The position numbers and the translations under genes are program-made. A model generated the notes under the pieces. That model had not been told where the DNA came from. It ran no database searches and worked only from the letters and a program-made list of their open reading frames with translations. Below are positions 1-9,619 of a DNA stretch of 64,000 nt, piece after piece (the first letter of the stretch is position 1; each line of letters opens with the position of its first letter). The DNA is from a bacterium. Lineage in GTDB: Bacteria > Eisenbacteria > RBG-16-71-46. The stretch covers positions 1 through 64,000 of the forward strand of contig JAYWEM010000001.1 in NCBI GenBank assembly GCA_043779265.1, in the 5' to 3' direction.

Positions 1-795
1 ATCATCGGAGCGGGATGCGAGCGCAGCGCGGCCGCGATGCGGACGCTCTACGACGGCGTCGGCGGCGAGTTGATGGTCACCGCGATCCCGACCGCCGAGA
101 TGGTCAAGTATGTGAACAACACGTTCCATGCGTTGAAGGTCGCGTTCGCGAACGAGGTCGGGCGCCTCTGCAAGCGAGAGGGCATCGACAGTCACGAGGT
201 CATGAGCCTCATGTGCCGCGACACCAAACTCAACATCTCGACCGTGTACCTGTCGCCTGGCTTCGCGTTCGGTGGCTCGTGCCTGCCCAAGGACATCCGC
301 GCGATCCACTCGCGCTCGCGCCAGCACGGTCTCGAACTGCCGGTCCTCGGCAATATCATGCGCTCGAACGACCTGCATGTGGAGGAGGCGATCCACCTGA
401 TCGAGCGCTTCCGCAAGCGCAAGCTCGGATTCCTCGGACTGTCGTTCAAGGCGGGCACGGACGACCTGCGGGAGAGCCCCATTCTGCGCGTGATCGGCAC
501 ACTGGTGGGCAAGGGCTATGGCGTGCTGCTGCACGACCCGAACATCGACATGGAGCGCGTGCTCGGCGCCAATCGCCGCTTCGTCGAGGATGAAGTGCCC
601 TACCTGCCGGAACGGCTGCGAGGCGATCTCGACGAGCTGCTCGCCGAGAGCGAGGTGATCGTGGTGGGCAATCGCTCGCGCGAGTATCGCGAGATCGGTC
701 CGCGGCTCCGGTCGGGTCAGATACTCATCGATCTCGTGGCTGCCGTGGACCGCAAGACCGTGACCGCCGGCGAGTACCATGGCCTCGCCTGGTAG
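1..795 (+). CDS. Nucleotide-sugar dehydrogenase (GDP-mannose/UDP-glucose 6-dehydrogenase family), 5'-truncated by window edge
   Basis: Frame open from base 1; motifs AEMVKYVNNTFHALK, FGGSCLPKD (catalytic Cys), GLSFKAGTDDLRESP typical of AlgD/Ugd family. Confidence 0.9.
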   Translation: MIGAGCERSAAAMRTLYDGVGGELMVTAIPTAEMVKYVNNTFHALKVAFANEVGRLCKREGIDSHEVMSLMCRDTKLNISTVYLSPGFAFGGSCLPKDIRAIHSRSRQHGLELPVLGNIMRSNDLHVEEAIHLIERFRKRKLGFLGLSFKAGTDDLRESPILRVIGTLVGKGYGVLLHDPNIDMERVLGANRRFVEDEVPYLPERLRGDLDELLAESEVIVVGNRSREYREIGPRLRSGQILIDLVAAVDRKTVTAGEYHGLAW

Positions 796-1978
796 CATCC
801 TCCATCTCTCCCAGAACCTGACGCTGCCGTTCGACCGGCGCGTCTGGATGGAGTTGAACGCGCTGCGGAACGCCGGCTATCAGGTCTCGGCGATCTGTCC
901 CAAGGGCGACGGCGGCACCGAGGACCATGAGGTTCTCAACGGCATCCACATCTATCGCTACTCCGCCCCACCCGAGGCCTCGGGCTTCCTCAGCTACGTG
1001 TGGGAGTTCCTCTACTGCTGGCTGCACACGGCTCGTCTCTCGGTGACCGTTCTCGCCCGGCAGGGATTCGATGTCATCCATTCGGCCAATCCGCCCGATA
1101 CGTTCTGGGCGATCGCGGCGTTCTACAAGCTGTTCGGGAAGCGGTTCGTGTTCGATCATCACGACCTCTGCCCCGAGCTCTACCTTTCGCGTTTCGGAGA
1201 GTCCAAGTCCGGTTCTGCGGTGCATCGGGCGCTGCAATGGCTGGAGCGCATGCAGTTCGCGACGGCGGACATGGTGATCTCGACCAACGAGTCCTATCGG
1301 CAGGTGGCGCTCTCTCGCGGCCGCAAACGCCCCGAGCGGGTGTTCGTCGTGCGGAGCGGGCCGAGCCACCAGCGATTCGCGACGGTCCGGGACCCCGATC
1401 CCGAACTCCGTCGCGGCAAGCGCTTCCTCGTGGCCTATCTCGGCGTCATGGCCCCGCAGGATGGCGTCGACCATCTCGTACGCGCGGCCCAGGTGATGGT
1501 GCAGCAGCGAGGCCGCGACGACGTGGCATTCACGTTCATCGGCGCCGGCGACTCGTACGAGGACCTGCGCGCCATGGTGCGCGATCTGGGTCTCGAGTCG
1601 TCCTGTCTGTTCACGGGCCGCGTGCCGGATGCCGAGGTCGAGCGGGTGCTGGCGACCGCCGACGTGTGCGTCAGTCCCGATCCGCGCAATCCGCTCAACG
1701 ACGTGAGCACGATGAACAAGGTGCTCGAGTACATGGCGTGCGCCAAGCCCGTCGTCTGCTACGACCTGCGCGAGCATCGCTTCTCGGCGGGTGAGGGGGC
1801 GCTGTACGCCGAGGCGGATCAGGTCGAATCGCTGGCCGACTGCATCGAGCAGTTGCTCGGGGACCCCGAGCTGCGGGCGCGCATGGGCGCCTACAATCGC
1901 GAGCGTTTCCTGACGCAGATGGCATGGGAGCACAACGTCGGCGAGCTGTTGCGCGCGTACGGGACGTTGCTCCCATGA
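779..1978 (+). CDS. Glycosyltransferase family 4
   Basis: PFDRRVW N-terminus, FDHHDLCPE, STMNKVLEYMA GT-B C-terminal motif. Confidence 0.9.
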   Translation: MASPGSILHLSQNLTLPFDRRVWMELNALRNAGYQVSAICPKGDGGTEDHEVLNGIHIYRYSAPPEASGFLSYVWEFLYCWLHTARLSVTVLARQGFDVIHSANPPDTFWAIAAFYKLFGKRFVFDHHDLCPELYLSRFGESKSGSAVHRALQWLERMQFATADMVISTNESYRQVALSRGRKRPERVFVVRSGPSHQRFATVRDPDPELRRGKRFLVAYLGVMAPQDGVDHLVRAAQVMVQQRGRDDVAFTFIGAGDSYEDLRAMVRDLGLESSCLFTGRVPDAEVERVLATADVCVSPDPRNPLNDVSTMNKVLEYMACAKPVVCYDLREHRFSAGEGALYAEADQVESLADCIEQLLGDPELRARMGAYNRERFLTQMAWEHNVGELLRAYGTLLP

Positions 1979-3165
1979 GAGGCGCTCCGGCGCGCCACCG
2001 CGTCCTCCTCATCGAGAGCGGTCGCAGTGTGGGCGGCACCGAGCGTGTGGTCTGGGAGTTGGCGACCCGGTTGCCCCCATCGCGTTTCGACGTGCACCTC
2101 TGGCTATCGCCCGCGCCCGCGCTGGACGAGTTCGCGCAGGCGCTGGAGGCGGCGGGATTCGTCGTGTCGCGCGTCGAGGAGATCGATTCTTGCTGGGACT
2201 GGAAGGGCATGCTCGCCACGTGGCGACTGCTCCGGTCACTCAAGCCCGACCTCGTGCATGTGCATCACGTGTGGCCCGCTGCCGACCGGTACCTCGCCAT
2301 GCTCGTGCGCGCGGCTGGCATCCGCCGATTCGTGGTGACCGAGCACATCGTCGGCTTCGCGCACTCCGACGGGCAACGTGTGCTCAAGCGCAATGAGTTG
2401 GCGCGAGCGGACGCTGTAACCGCGGTGTGCGGCGCGATCGCCGACACGCTCGTGCGCGACTATGGCGTGCCGCGCTCACGCGTTCGCATCGTCCCCAACG
2501 GTGCCGACCTCCCGGATGACGCCGCCGAGGCCGAGCCCGCGAGGGCGTGGCGAGACCGATTCGCGGCGACGCTGATCCGTCCGCTGTGGGTGGTCGTCGG
2601 CCGCCTCGAGGAGCAGAAGGGGCATGCCGTGCTGTTCCAATCGCTGGCGACGCTCCGCCAGCGTGGGCTCGATTTCACACTCGCCGTGGCGGGTGACGGG
2701 AGTCTGCGCACGTCGCTCGAGCAGGAGGCCGAGGCGCTCGGACTCTCGAATCGTGTGCGCTTCGTGGGCGCACTCGACGACGCCGGCTCGCTCCTCGCGG
2801 CCGCGGATGCCGTTGTGCTGCCCTCGCACTGGGAGGGATTGCCGCTCGTGCTGCTCGAGGCGCTGGTGCGCGGCCGGCCGGTGGTCGCCTCCGACGTCGG
2901 TGGGGTCAGCGAGGTGATGGAGCACGAGGTCCATGGCGAGTTGGTCCCGGCGGGCGACGTGACGGCGCTGGCCGATGCGCTCGAGCGATTCCATCATCGA
3001 CCCGATCGTGCGATCCTCTTCGGCCGTGCCGGAGCCGAGCTGGTGCGGCAGTCCTACACGTGGCGTGCCGTCGGCGAGGGTTTCGAGGCGGTGTATGACG
3101 AAGTGCTCGGCCTGGCGACCGTGACCCCGGAGATCGGGGCCGGCGAAGCAGGCGGGCACCGATGA
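1975..3165 (+). CDS. Glycosyltransferase family 4
   Basis: ATGA overlap with previous stop; GGTER, VGRLEEQKGH, PSHWEGLPLVLLEA motifs. Confidence 0.9.
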   Translation: MRGAPARHRVLLIESGRSVGGTERVVWELATRLPPSRFDVHLWLSPAPALDEFAQALEAAGFVVSRVEEIDSCWDWKGMLATWRLLRSLKPDLVHVHHVWPAADRYLAMLVRAAGIRRFVVTEHIVGFAHSDGQRVLKRNELARADAVTAVCGAIADTLVRDYGVPRSRVRIVPNGADLPDDAAEAEPARAWRDRFAATLIRPLWVVVGRLEEQKGHAVLFQSLATLRQRGLDFTLAVAGDGSLRTSLEQEAEALGLSNRVRFVGALDDAGSLLAAADAVVLPSHWEGLPLVLLEALVRGRPVVASDVGGVSEVMEHEVHGELVPAGDVTALADALERFHHRPDRAILFGRAGAELVRQSYTWRAVGEGFEAVYDEVLGLATVTPEIGAGEAGGHR

Positions 3166-4133
3166 CGCTCGGCGTCACGATCCCGTGCTACCGGCAGGAG
3201 CACTTTCTGCCTCGCACGCTCGCGGCACTCGAGTCCGCGCTCACGGGCCGCGACTGGCGAGGCGTCCTGGTTCTCGCCGCGCCCGGGGAGCGCGCCGCAC
3301 TGCCTGCACTCTCGGAGCGCTGGAGCGTTCGTCGCCCCGAGGTCTCGAGGCCTCTCACGCCGGGCGCTGCGCGTAACCTCGGGTTCGAGTCGTGCGGAGG
3401 GGACTGGGTGCTGTTCGTCGATGCCGACGTCGAAGTGGACGCAGCCTGGATCGACCGCGCACTCTCGATCGCCGCATCGCCGGGTGCCCCTGCCGGGCTG
3501 TGGGGCAGGCTCGAGGAATGGTTCATCGACGGCGCCGAGGAGCGGCCCGGAGTCCGCGATCTCTACCGCTTGGGCGACACCGATCATGATTCCGACTACC
3601 TCGCCACGCTCGCGCTCTACCACCGCGAGTCGCTCGAGTCGGCCGGTCGCTACGAGCCGAGGCTCTCGAGTGAGGAGGACTTCGAACTCGGACTGCGCAT
3701 GAGGCAGCGTGGCCACCGCCTGAGGGCCGTGACGCCCTGTGCCGGCCGGCACTGGAGCGCCCCGCGGCCGAGCTTCGGTGAGTTGAGCCGACGATGGAGC
3801 ACAGGACTCTGCTTCGGTCAGGGGCAGGTGCTGCGGCTCTACCTCGGCCGAGCCGGGCTCTCGCAGCATCTGGCGCGGCAGTGGCACTACCTCGGCATGC
3901 TCGCGCTGCTGCTGGCGGCGCCCGTGGCCGTTTTCGCGGCTGGACCTCGTGGCCTGCTCGCATGGGCGCTCGCGCCGCTCGTGCTGTTCGCCGTGATGAC
4001 GCTGCGTAAGAGAAGTCCGAGGCTCGCGCTGCACTCCCTGCTGACCTGGGGGATCAACACGGCGGGCATGGTCGTCGGTTTCATTCGAGGCGGCGTCCCC
4101 GTGACGCTCGCGCGAGAGGAGGCCGCGTGCTGA
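3162..4133 (+). CDS. Glycosyltransferase family 2 with C-terminal membrane helices
   Basis: VTIPCY, GAARNLG, FVDAD (DxD), EEDFELGLR; hydrophobic C-terminus. Confidence 0.85.
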   Translation: MTLGVTIPCYRQEHFLPRTLAALESALTGRDWRGVLVLAAPGERAALPALSERWSVRRPEVSRPLTPGAARNLGFESCGGDWVLFVDADVEVDAAWIDRALSIAASPGAPAGLWGRLEEWFIDGAEERPGVRDLYRLGDTDHDSDYLATLALYHRESLESAGRYEPRLSSEEDFELGLRMRQRGHRLRAVTPCAGRHWSAPRPSFGELSRRWSTGLCFGQGQVLRLYLGRAGLSQHLARQWHYLGMLALLLAAPVAVFAAGPRGLLAWALAPLVLFAVMTLRKRSPRLALHSLLTWGINTAGMVVGFIRGGVPVTLAREEAAC

Positions 4134-5308
4134 TCCAACAAGCGGTCGACGATGACATCCACCCGCCGCGCAGCGGCGGGACACAGCGTGCGTTCGGGCT
4201 CGCGCGAGGTCTGGCGAGCTCCCACGAGGTTCGCGTGCTCTGCATCGTGCCCAACCGGCAGGGTTCGGTGGGGGACGCTCAGGTGGACGGTGTTCACCTG
4301 ATCCGCAGGCGCGCCTGGCACACCAGCCTGGCGTGGCGACTCGATCGCTGGGGGCTGGCGCCGATGTTCACGACCGCGCACGGCCACGCTCGTAACGCCG
4401 CACACTATGCCCGAGCGCTCGGCGCCGAGGCCGATGTGCTGAGTTGCGAACTCCACCTCTCCGGCATGCTCGAGCGCAGCCGAGCGCGGCTCCGGGTGTA
4501 TGCTTCACAGAATGTCGAGGCGGATCGGTTCCTCTCATCGGATTCCCGTTTGATCGCACGTTCGCACTGGGCGGCGAGACTTCGCGCGCTCGAAGGCGGT
4601 GTCGTGGCCCGCGCCGACCTGACCGTGGCTTGCAGCGATGAGGACGCCGCGCGCCTGTGCGCGCTCTACGGTGCGCGCGAAGAGGCGATGGCCGTGATCC
4701 CGAACGGGTTCGACGAACGTGTCAGCCATCCCCCCACCGACTCCGAGCGAACGGCCGCGCGAGCGGCGCTCGACCTGCCCGCGGACGCCTTCGCAGCCGT
4801 GTTCGTGGGTGCGGACTGGGGACCGAATCGAGAGGCCCTCGGTTTCCTGGTCAATCACGTGATGCCGACGCTCGCGGGCACCGGTGTCCGGTTGCTGGTC
4901 GCGGGTTCGGTGTGCAGCGCGATCGCTTCGCGTCGAGAGCCGTGGCTGCGGGCCCTGGGCGTGGTCGAGGATCTCCGCAGCGTGCTGCATGCCGCGGACG
5001 TTGGACTCAACCCGATGGCCGAAGGTGGCGGCAGCAACGTGAAGCTCCCGGGCTATCTCGCGGCCGGCCTCGCCTGCCTGACCACATCGTTCGGGGTGCG
5101 CGGCTATGCCGATCTCGCAACCCACTGCGTGGTGGCGGAGCGGGCGTCGTTCGCCGACGCCTTGCGTGCGAGGCCGCTCGGTTGGGCCGCTCGCCGGGAA
5201 CCTCCACCTGGGCCACTGGCGGGCTACGCGTGGTCGGCGCTGGGTGCGAGGCTCGGACGGATCTACGAGTCCCGCCTGACGCCGCGTGTCGTGGGAGGGG
5301 CCGCCTGA
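4127..5308 (+). CDS. Glycosyltransferase family 4
   Basis: PPRSGGTQR, QNVE, IPNG, GGSNVKLPGYLAAG motifs. Confidence 0.8.
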   Translation: MLIQQAVDDDIHPPRSGGTQRAFGLARGLASSHEVRVLCIVPNRQGSVGDAQVDGVHLIRRRAWHTSLAWRLDRWGLAPMFTTAHGHARNAAHYARALGAEADVLSCELHLSGMLERSRARLRVYASQNVEADRFLSSDSRLIARSHWAARLRALEGGVVARADLTVACSDEDAARLCALYGAREEAMAVIPNGFDERVSHPPTDSERTAARAALDLPADAFAAVFVGADWGPNREALGFLVNHVMPTLAGTGVRLLVAGSVCSAIASRREPWLRALGVVEDLRSVLHAADVGLNPMAEGGGSNVKLPGYLAAGLACLTTSFGVRGYADLATHCVVAERASFADALRARPLGWAARREPPPGPLAGYAWSALGARLGRIYESRLTPRVVGGAA

Positions 5309-6402
5309 TGCGCGTCGCCATGATCGGGCAGAAGGGCATTCCCGCCACCTACGGCGGGATCGAACGGCATGTCGATGAGATCGCGCGGCGACTCGTCCCG
5401 CTCGGCATCGATGTCGATGTGTTCTGCCGCTACTACTACACGCCTCCGGACACGTCGTATCACGGCATCCGGTTGCTGCGGCGCCCGAGCATCCACACCA
5501 AGCATCTGGACACGATCACCCATGTCACGTGGGCGACGATCGAATCGATGATGCGACGCTACGACGTCGTGCACTTCCACGCCCTCGGACCCTCGCTGCT
5601 GGCCGGGCTCCCTCGGCTCGTCGGTTCGCGAACGGTCGTCACCGTGCACGGCCTCGACTGGCAGCGCGAGAAGTGGGGGAAGACGGCGAGTTGGTTCCTC
5701 CGCTCCTGCGAGGGACCGGCTGCGCACTTCCCCGATCGGACGATCGTGGTCTCCAAGACGCTGCGGCAGCACTTCCACCAGCATCATGGGACCGATGCGG
5801 TCTTCATCCCCAACGGAACCAACATCCCGGTCGTGCGTCCTGCCAAGAAGATCCAGCAGCTGGGGCTGACGCCGGGCAAGTACATCCTGTTCGTCGGCCG
5901 CCTCGTGCCCGAGAAGGGCGTGCACTATCTGTGCGAGGCGTTCAGCCAGCTCGATACCGACATGACGCTGGCGCTGGTCGGTGGTCTTTCGTTCTCGAAG
6001 GACTACGTCGAACTGCTCCGACGCTACGAGAGTCCGCGTATCCGGCTGCTCGACTACGTGTTCGGCGAGGGCCTCGAGGAACTCTGGAGTCATGCCTACT
6101 GCGTCGTGCAGCCCTCCACGATGGAGGGCCTGAGCATCGCACTGCTCGAAGCGCTCTCGTATGGGCGCTGCGTTCTGCTCTCGGACATCCCCGAGAATCT
6201 CGAGGTGGCCGAGGACTGCGCGGTCAGCTTCCGCAGCAAGGATGTCGGCGACCTTCGCGACAAGCTCGCCGCTCTGCTCGCCGATCCGGCGCGCGTGCGG
6301 GAGATGGGCGACAAGGCCCGCGAGCACATCCTCGAACACTACTCATGGGACAAGGTCGCCGAGGCGACTGCCGAGGTCTATCGCGGCCTGGCCCAGCCGT
6401 GA
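5308..6402 (+). CDS. Glycosyltransferase family 4
   Basis: TGATG overlap; MRVAMIGQKGIPATYGGIE, FVGRLVPEKG, EGLSIALLEA. Confidence 0.9.
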   Translation: MRVAMIGQKGIPATYGGIERHVDEIARRLVPLGIDVDVFCRYYYTPPDTSYHGIRLLRRPSIHTKHLDTITHVTWATIESMMRRYDVVHFHALGPSLLAGLPRLVGSRTVVTVHGLDWQREKWGKTASWFLRSCEGPAAHFPDRTIVVSKTLRQHFHQHHGTDAVFIPNGTNIPVVRPAKKIQQLGLTPGKYILFVGRLVPEKGVHYLCEAFSQLDTDMTLALVGGLSFSKDYVELLRRYESPRIRLLDYVFGEGLEELWSHAYCVVQPSTMEGLSIALLEALSYGRCVLLSDIPENLEVAEDCAVSFRSKDVGDLRDKLAALLADPARVREMGDKAREHILEHYSWDKVAEATAEVYRGLAQP

Positions 6403-6447
6403 CCGCGTGGACGCTCGCGCGGACGCTGTGCTACCCCTCTGCCTGAC

Positions 6448-7512
6448 ATGAGCCCGACCCCGACTCCGACCGATCGTGGCGTGCTGATCCTGGCAGGAGG
6501 CCGCGGTGAGCGCTTCTGGCCGTGGAGCACGTCCGAGCGCCCCAAGCAGTTGCTGCCGCTGGCATCGGGCGGCCGTACGCTGCTCGCCGCCACGTTCGAT
6601 CGTGCGCGCCGCCTCGTTGCAGCCGACCGCATCGTCATCATGACGTCGCAATCGCTGGTCGAGGCGTGCCGCCGTGAGGCCCCCGGCGCGATCGTCGTCG
6701 GCGAGCCGGTGATGCGCAACACGGCCCCTGCGATCGCGGGAGCCGCGGCCTTCTTCTCGCCGCAGACCGCGTTCGCGGTCCTGCCCTCCGACCATGCGAT
6801 CGATGATGAGGAGGCGTTCAGCGCCGATCTCGATGCCGCATTCACCCGGGCCTCGCGCGACCCGGTGCTCGTCACGTTCGGCATCCGTCCGTCGCACCCC
6901 GAGACGAACTTCGGTTACATCCGACGAGGCGATGCCCTGGCGGATGGCGTGCATCGCGTGGCGCAGTTCACCGAGAAGCCCGATCGCGCGCGTGCCGAGG
7001 AGTGGGTGGCGAGCGGGGACTATGCGTGGAACAGCGGCATGTTCGTGTGGACCCGGGCGACGTTCATGGCCGCGCTCGCCGCAAGCCGTCCCGCGATCGC
7101 AGCAGCCCTCGCCGATCTGTCGTTCGCCCCGCACGAGACGGCCGCGTTCGAACAGGCGCTCGCAAAGCGCTTCCCGGCGATCGAGTCGGTCTCCGTCGAC
7201 TATGCGGTGCTGGAATCGGCCCCCAACACCGTCGTGATCGAGGCGCGATTCGAATGGGACGACCTCGGCTCGTGGTCGGCATGGGCCAGGAGGCAGCCGC
7301 GTGATGACCGCGGCAACGTGCGGTGGGGGGATGCCGTGCCGGTCGAGTGCAACGATTGTATCGTGGTGGGCGACGGCGCGATCGCTGCGCCGCTGCGATT
7401 GGAGGGCATGGTGGTGGTGGCGACCCGGCAGGGGACGCTCGTCTGCGCGACGTCGCAGAGCGAGCACGTGCGCAAAGTGAGCGAAGCGGTGCGGGCGAGG
7501 GCGTCGTCATGA
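6448..7512 (+). CDS. manC: Mannose-1-phosphate guanylyltransferase
   Basis: ILAGGRGERFWPWS..PKQLL, RNTAPAI, PSDH, FTEKPD, WNSGMF, WDDLGSW. Confidence 0.9.
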   Translation: MSPTPTPTDRGVLILAGGRGERFWPWSTSERPKQLLPLASGGRTLLAATFDRARRLVAADRIVIMTSQSLVEACRREAPGAIVVGEPVMRNTAPAIAGAAAFFSPQTAFAVLPSDHAIDDEEAFSADLDAAFTRASRDPVLVTFGIRPSHPETNFGYIRRGDALADGVHRVAQFTEKPDRARAEEWVASGDYAWNSGMFVWTRATFMAALAASRPAIAAALADLSFAPHETAAFEQALAKRFPAIESVSVDYAVLESAPNTVVIEARFEWDDLGSWSAWARRQPRDDRGNVRWGDAVPVECNDCIVVGDGAIAAPLRLEGMVVVATRQGTLVCATSQSEHVRKVSEAVRARASS

Positions 7513-8285
7513 TGCGCCGACTCGCGCTGTGGATGGGTTCGTTTGCGCTGGTCGGGTGCGTCTCGAGCGCTCCGGCCCCCTTGAGCGTGCCGGTTCCTCA
7601 GATGACCACACCGATTCCGGCCCGCTCGACGCCCGATGTGGCACCGAGGCGCACCACGGTGCCTCCTCGTCAGGCGGCCGCCGCAACGCTCGACTCGTTG
7701 CCCTCTCGTGACGCTCTCGAGGTGCTCGCCTCGATCCCCGAGCCCATCGCCGGCTCGACGCCGAGTGGATCCGTGCCCGTGCCGGCGCGCACGTCGGTGA
7801 CTGACCCCACGAGCCCACCGGCGAGTAGTCCGCCCTCGACGCCCGAGCCCATCACACCTCGCGACTCCGTCACCGGTCCGATCCGCGCGATCGATCACAG
7901 CGTGCCGGTGCCGGCGCCGACGAGGCCGATGGGGGACGATCCCGACGTGCCGGTCACGATGCCGAGCGTCGAGCCGCTCCAGTCGCCGCCGCCGCCGAGC
8001 ACGCCGCCGCCGAGCACGCCTGTCGCCCCGGTGATGCCCACCTCGGCTGAAGCCGTGTGGCGTTTACAGGTCGGCGCTCCTTCCGAGCTCGAGAAGGCGG
8101 AGGTCACGCGCCGCGCGGCCGAATCGCAGTTGCTCGTCGCGTTCGTCATCGAGCATGAGGCCGGTCTTCACAAAGTCCGCTCGAGCGGGCGACTCCTCCG
8201 GGAGGTGGCCGAACGCCTGAGGACACGGGCGATCGACTCGGGGTTCGCGGGCGCGTTCCTGCTGCGGCAGCCGGCCAGTCGCTGA
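7509..8285 (+). CDS. Pro-rich lipoprotein with probable C-terminal SPOR domain
   Basis: Lipobox-like LVGC after hydrophobic signal; Pro/Ser/Thr-rich linker; WRLQVGA...HKVR...GFAGAF SPOR-like end. Confidence 0.7.
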   Translation: MMRRLALWMGSFALVGCVSSAPAPLSVPVPQMTTPIPARSTPDVAPRRTTVPPRQAAAATLDSLPSRDALEVLASIPEPIAGSTPSGSVPVPARTSVTDPTSPPASSPPSTPEPITPRDSVTGPIRAIDHSVPVPAPTRPMGDDPDVPVTMPSVEPLQSPPPPSTPPPSTPVAPVMPTSAEAVWRLQVGAPSELEKAEVTRRAAESQLLVAFVIEHEAGLHKVRSSGRLLREVAERLRTRAIDSGFAGAFLLRQPASR

Positions 8286-9523
8286 TGCGCATCATCCTCT
8301 ACGAGGATCGCCATTGGCGGCGCCTGCGCCCGCTGACCGACCTGTTGCCCGTTCATGCGCTCCGCTTCGGCGCGAGTGACCTGACGGCGCGCTGGCTCGC
8401 TTCATCGGGTGCGACGCTCGCGTCGATCGAGGCCCGTGCGGATGCCATGTCGGGCTGGGCGGAGGCTCCGGCGGTGGATCGCACGCCGCTGTCCGACTCC
8501 GAGGTGGTGCTGGTCGTGAATGTGGCGGCGATGCCGGGGCCGTGGTTCGACGAGGCTCGCTCCGGACTCTCGCCTGCACTCTGGGTGGCGGAGGGCCGCG
8601 TGGTCGGCGCGCAGGTCGAGGTGGCGAGGATCCGCGCCGGGCTCGGCCGCGGCGAGGACTTCGAGACCGTTCTGTTGTCGGCCGGGCTCCCGGCGCTCTC
8701 GGTCGAGGCGCGCGTGCTCGACTGGCCCTGGCAGCTCTTCGAGTGGAATGCCGCCGCGATCGCAGCCGATCTCTCGGCGCGAGTGCCGCAGCACAATGGC
8801 CGTGTCCATGCGAGCGCTGTGCTCGAGGGAGCCTCGGAGATCCTGATCGAGGAGGATGCCATGATCGGTGCGCATGCAGTACTCGACTCGAGTGGCGGCC
8901 CGATCCTGGTCGGGCGCGGCGCTCGAATCGCCCCGCACACGGTCGTGCAGGGGCCCTGCGTCATCGGAGCCGGCACGCAACTGCTCGGCGGCTTCGTGTC
9001 CCAGAGTACGTTCGGACCGCAATGCCGAGTGGCCGGCGAGGTCGAGGCGTGCGTGTGGCAGGGCTACGGCAACAAGCGCCACCATGGCTTCGTTGGGCAC
9101 AGCGTGTTCGGGGAGTGGGTCAATCTCGGAGCGCTCACGACCACCAGTGACCTCAAGAACAACTACGGCGAGGTCCGACTGCGGATCGATGGCGCCGAGG
9201 TCGGCAGTGGATCCTCCAAAGTGGGCTCGATCGTGGGCTCGCACGTGAAGACGGGCATCGGAACGCTGCTGCCGACCGGCGCCGTGGTCGGCGTCGCTGC
9301 CAACTTGTTCGGTGGCGGCCGTTTCGCCCCCAAGCACACGCCCGCCTTCGCGTGGTGGGATGGCGATCGATCCGAGACGCACGAGATCGACAAGTGCGTC
9401 GCGACGGCGCGTACGGCGATGGCGAGACGCGATCGCACCCTGCAAGCGGGCGAGGAGGCAGCATTGCGGCGGCTTTTCGACTCCACCGCGGCCGAGCGGA
9501 TGCCGATGACCCGAGTCGGGTGA
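8285..9523 (+). CDS. GlmU-like putative sugar nucleotidyltransferase with hexapeptide repeats
   Basis: LRPLT..LPV..LRFG N-terminus; NKRHHGFVGHS, WVNLGA.TTTSDLKNNYG. Confidence 0.8.
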   Translation: MRIILYEDRHWRRLRPLTDLLPVHALRFGASDLTARWLASSGATLASIEARADAMSGWAEAPAVDRTPLSDSEVVLVVNVAAMPGPWFDEARSGLSPALWVAEGRVVGAQVEVARIRAGLGRGEDFETVLLSAGLPALSVEARVLDWPWQLFEWNAAAIAADLSARVPQHNGRVHASAVLEGASEILIEEDAMIGAHAVLDSSGGPILVGRGARIAPHTVVQGPCVIGAGTQLLGGFVSQSTFGPQCRVAGEVEACVWQGYGNKRHHGFVGHSVFGEWVNLGALTTTSDLKNNYGEVRLRIDGAEVGSGSSKVGSIVGSHVKTGIGTLLPTGAVVGVAANLFGGGRFAPKHTPAFAWWDGDRSETHEIDKCVATARTAMARRDRTLQAGEEAALRRLFDSTAAERMPMTRVG

Positions 9524-9619
9524 CGCGAGGCCCGGAACGCGGCTAGACTCGCGGCTCTGCCTCATTCGAGCGACACCTCTCCTGCGCATGCGCCGGACGC
9601 CACCTGCCGAGGACCATCG

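Noticed and set aside
4657..5307. N-terminal extensions in the ORF track (e.g. 4657, 1924, 19324, 27996, 35513, 48078, 61303 starts)
   Set aside because: They overlap upstream genes or promoters; downstream starts with RBS or stop/start overlap match family N-termini better
7988..8017. 15-bp tandem duplication (GCCGCCGCCGAGCAC x2)
   Set aside because: Ordinary low-complexity Pro-rich linker; not a CRISPR or regulatory repeat
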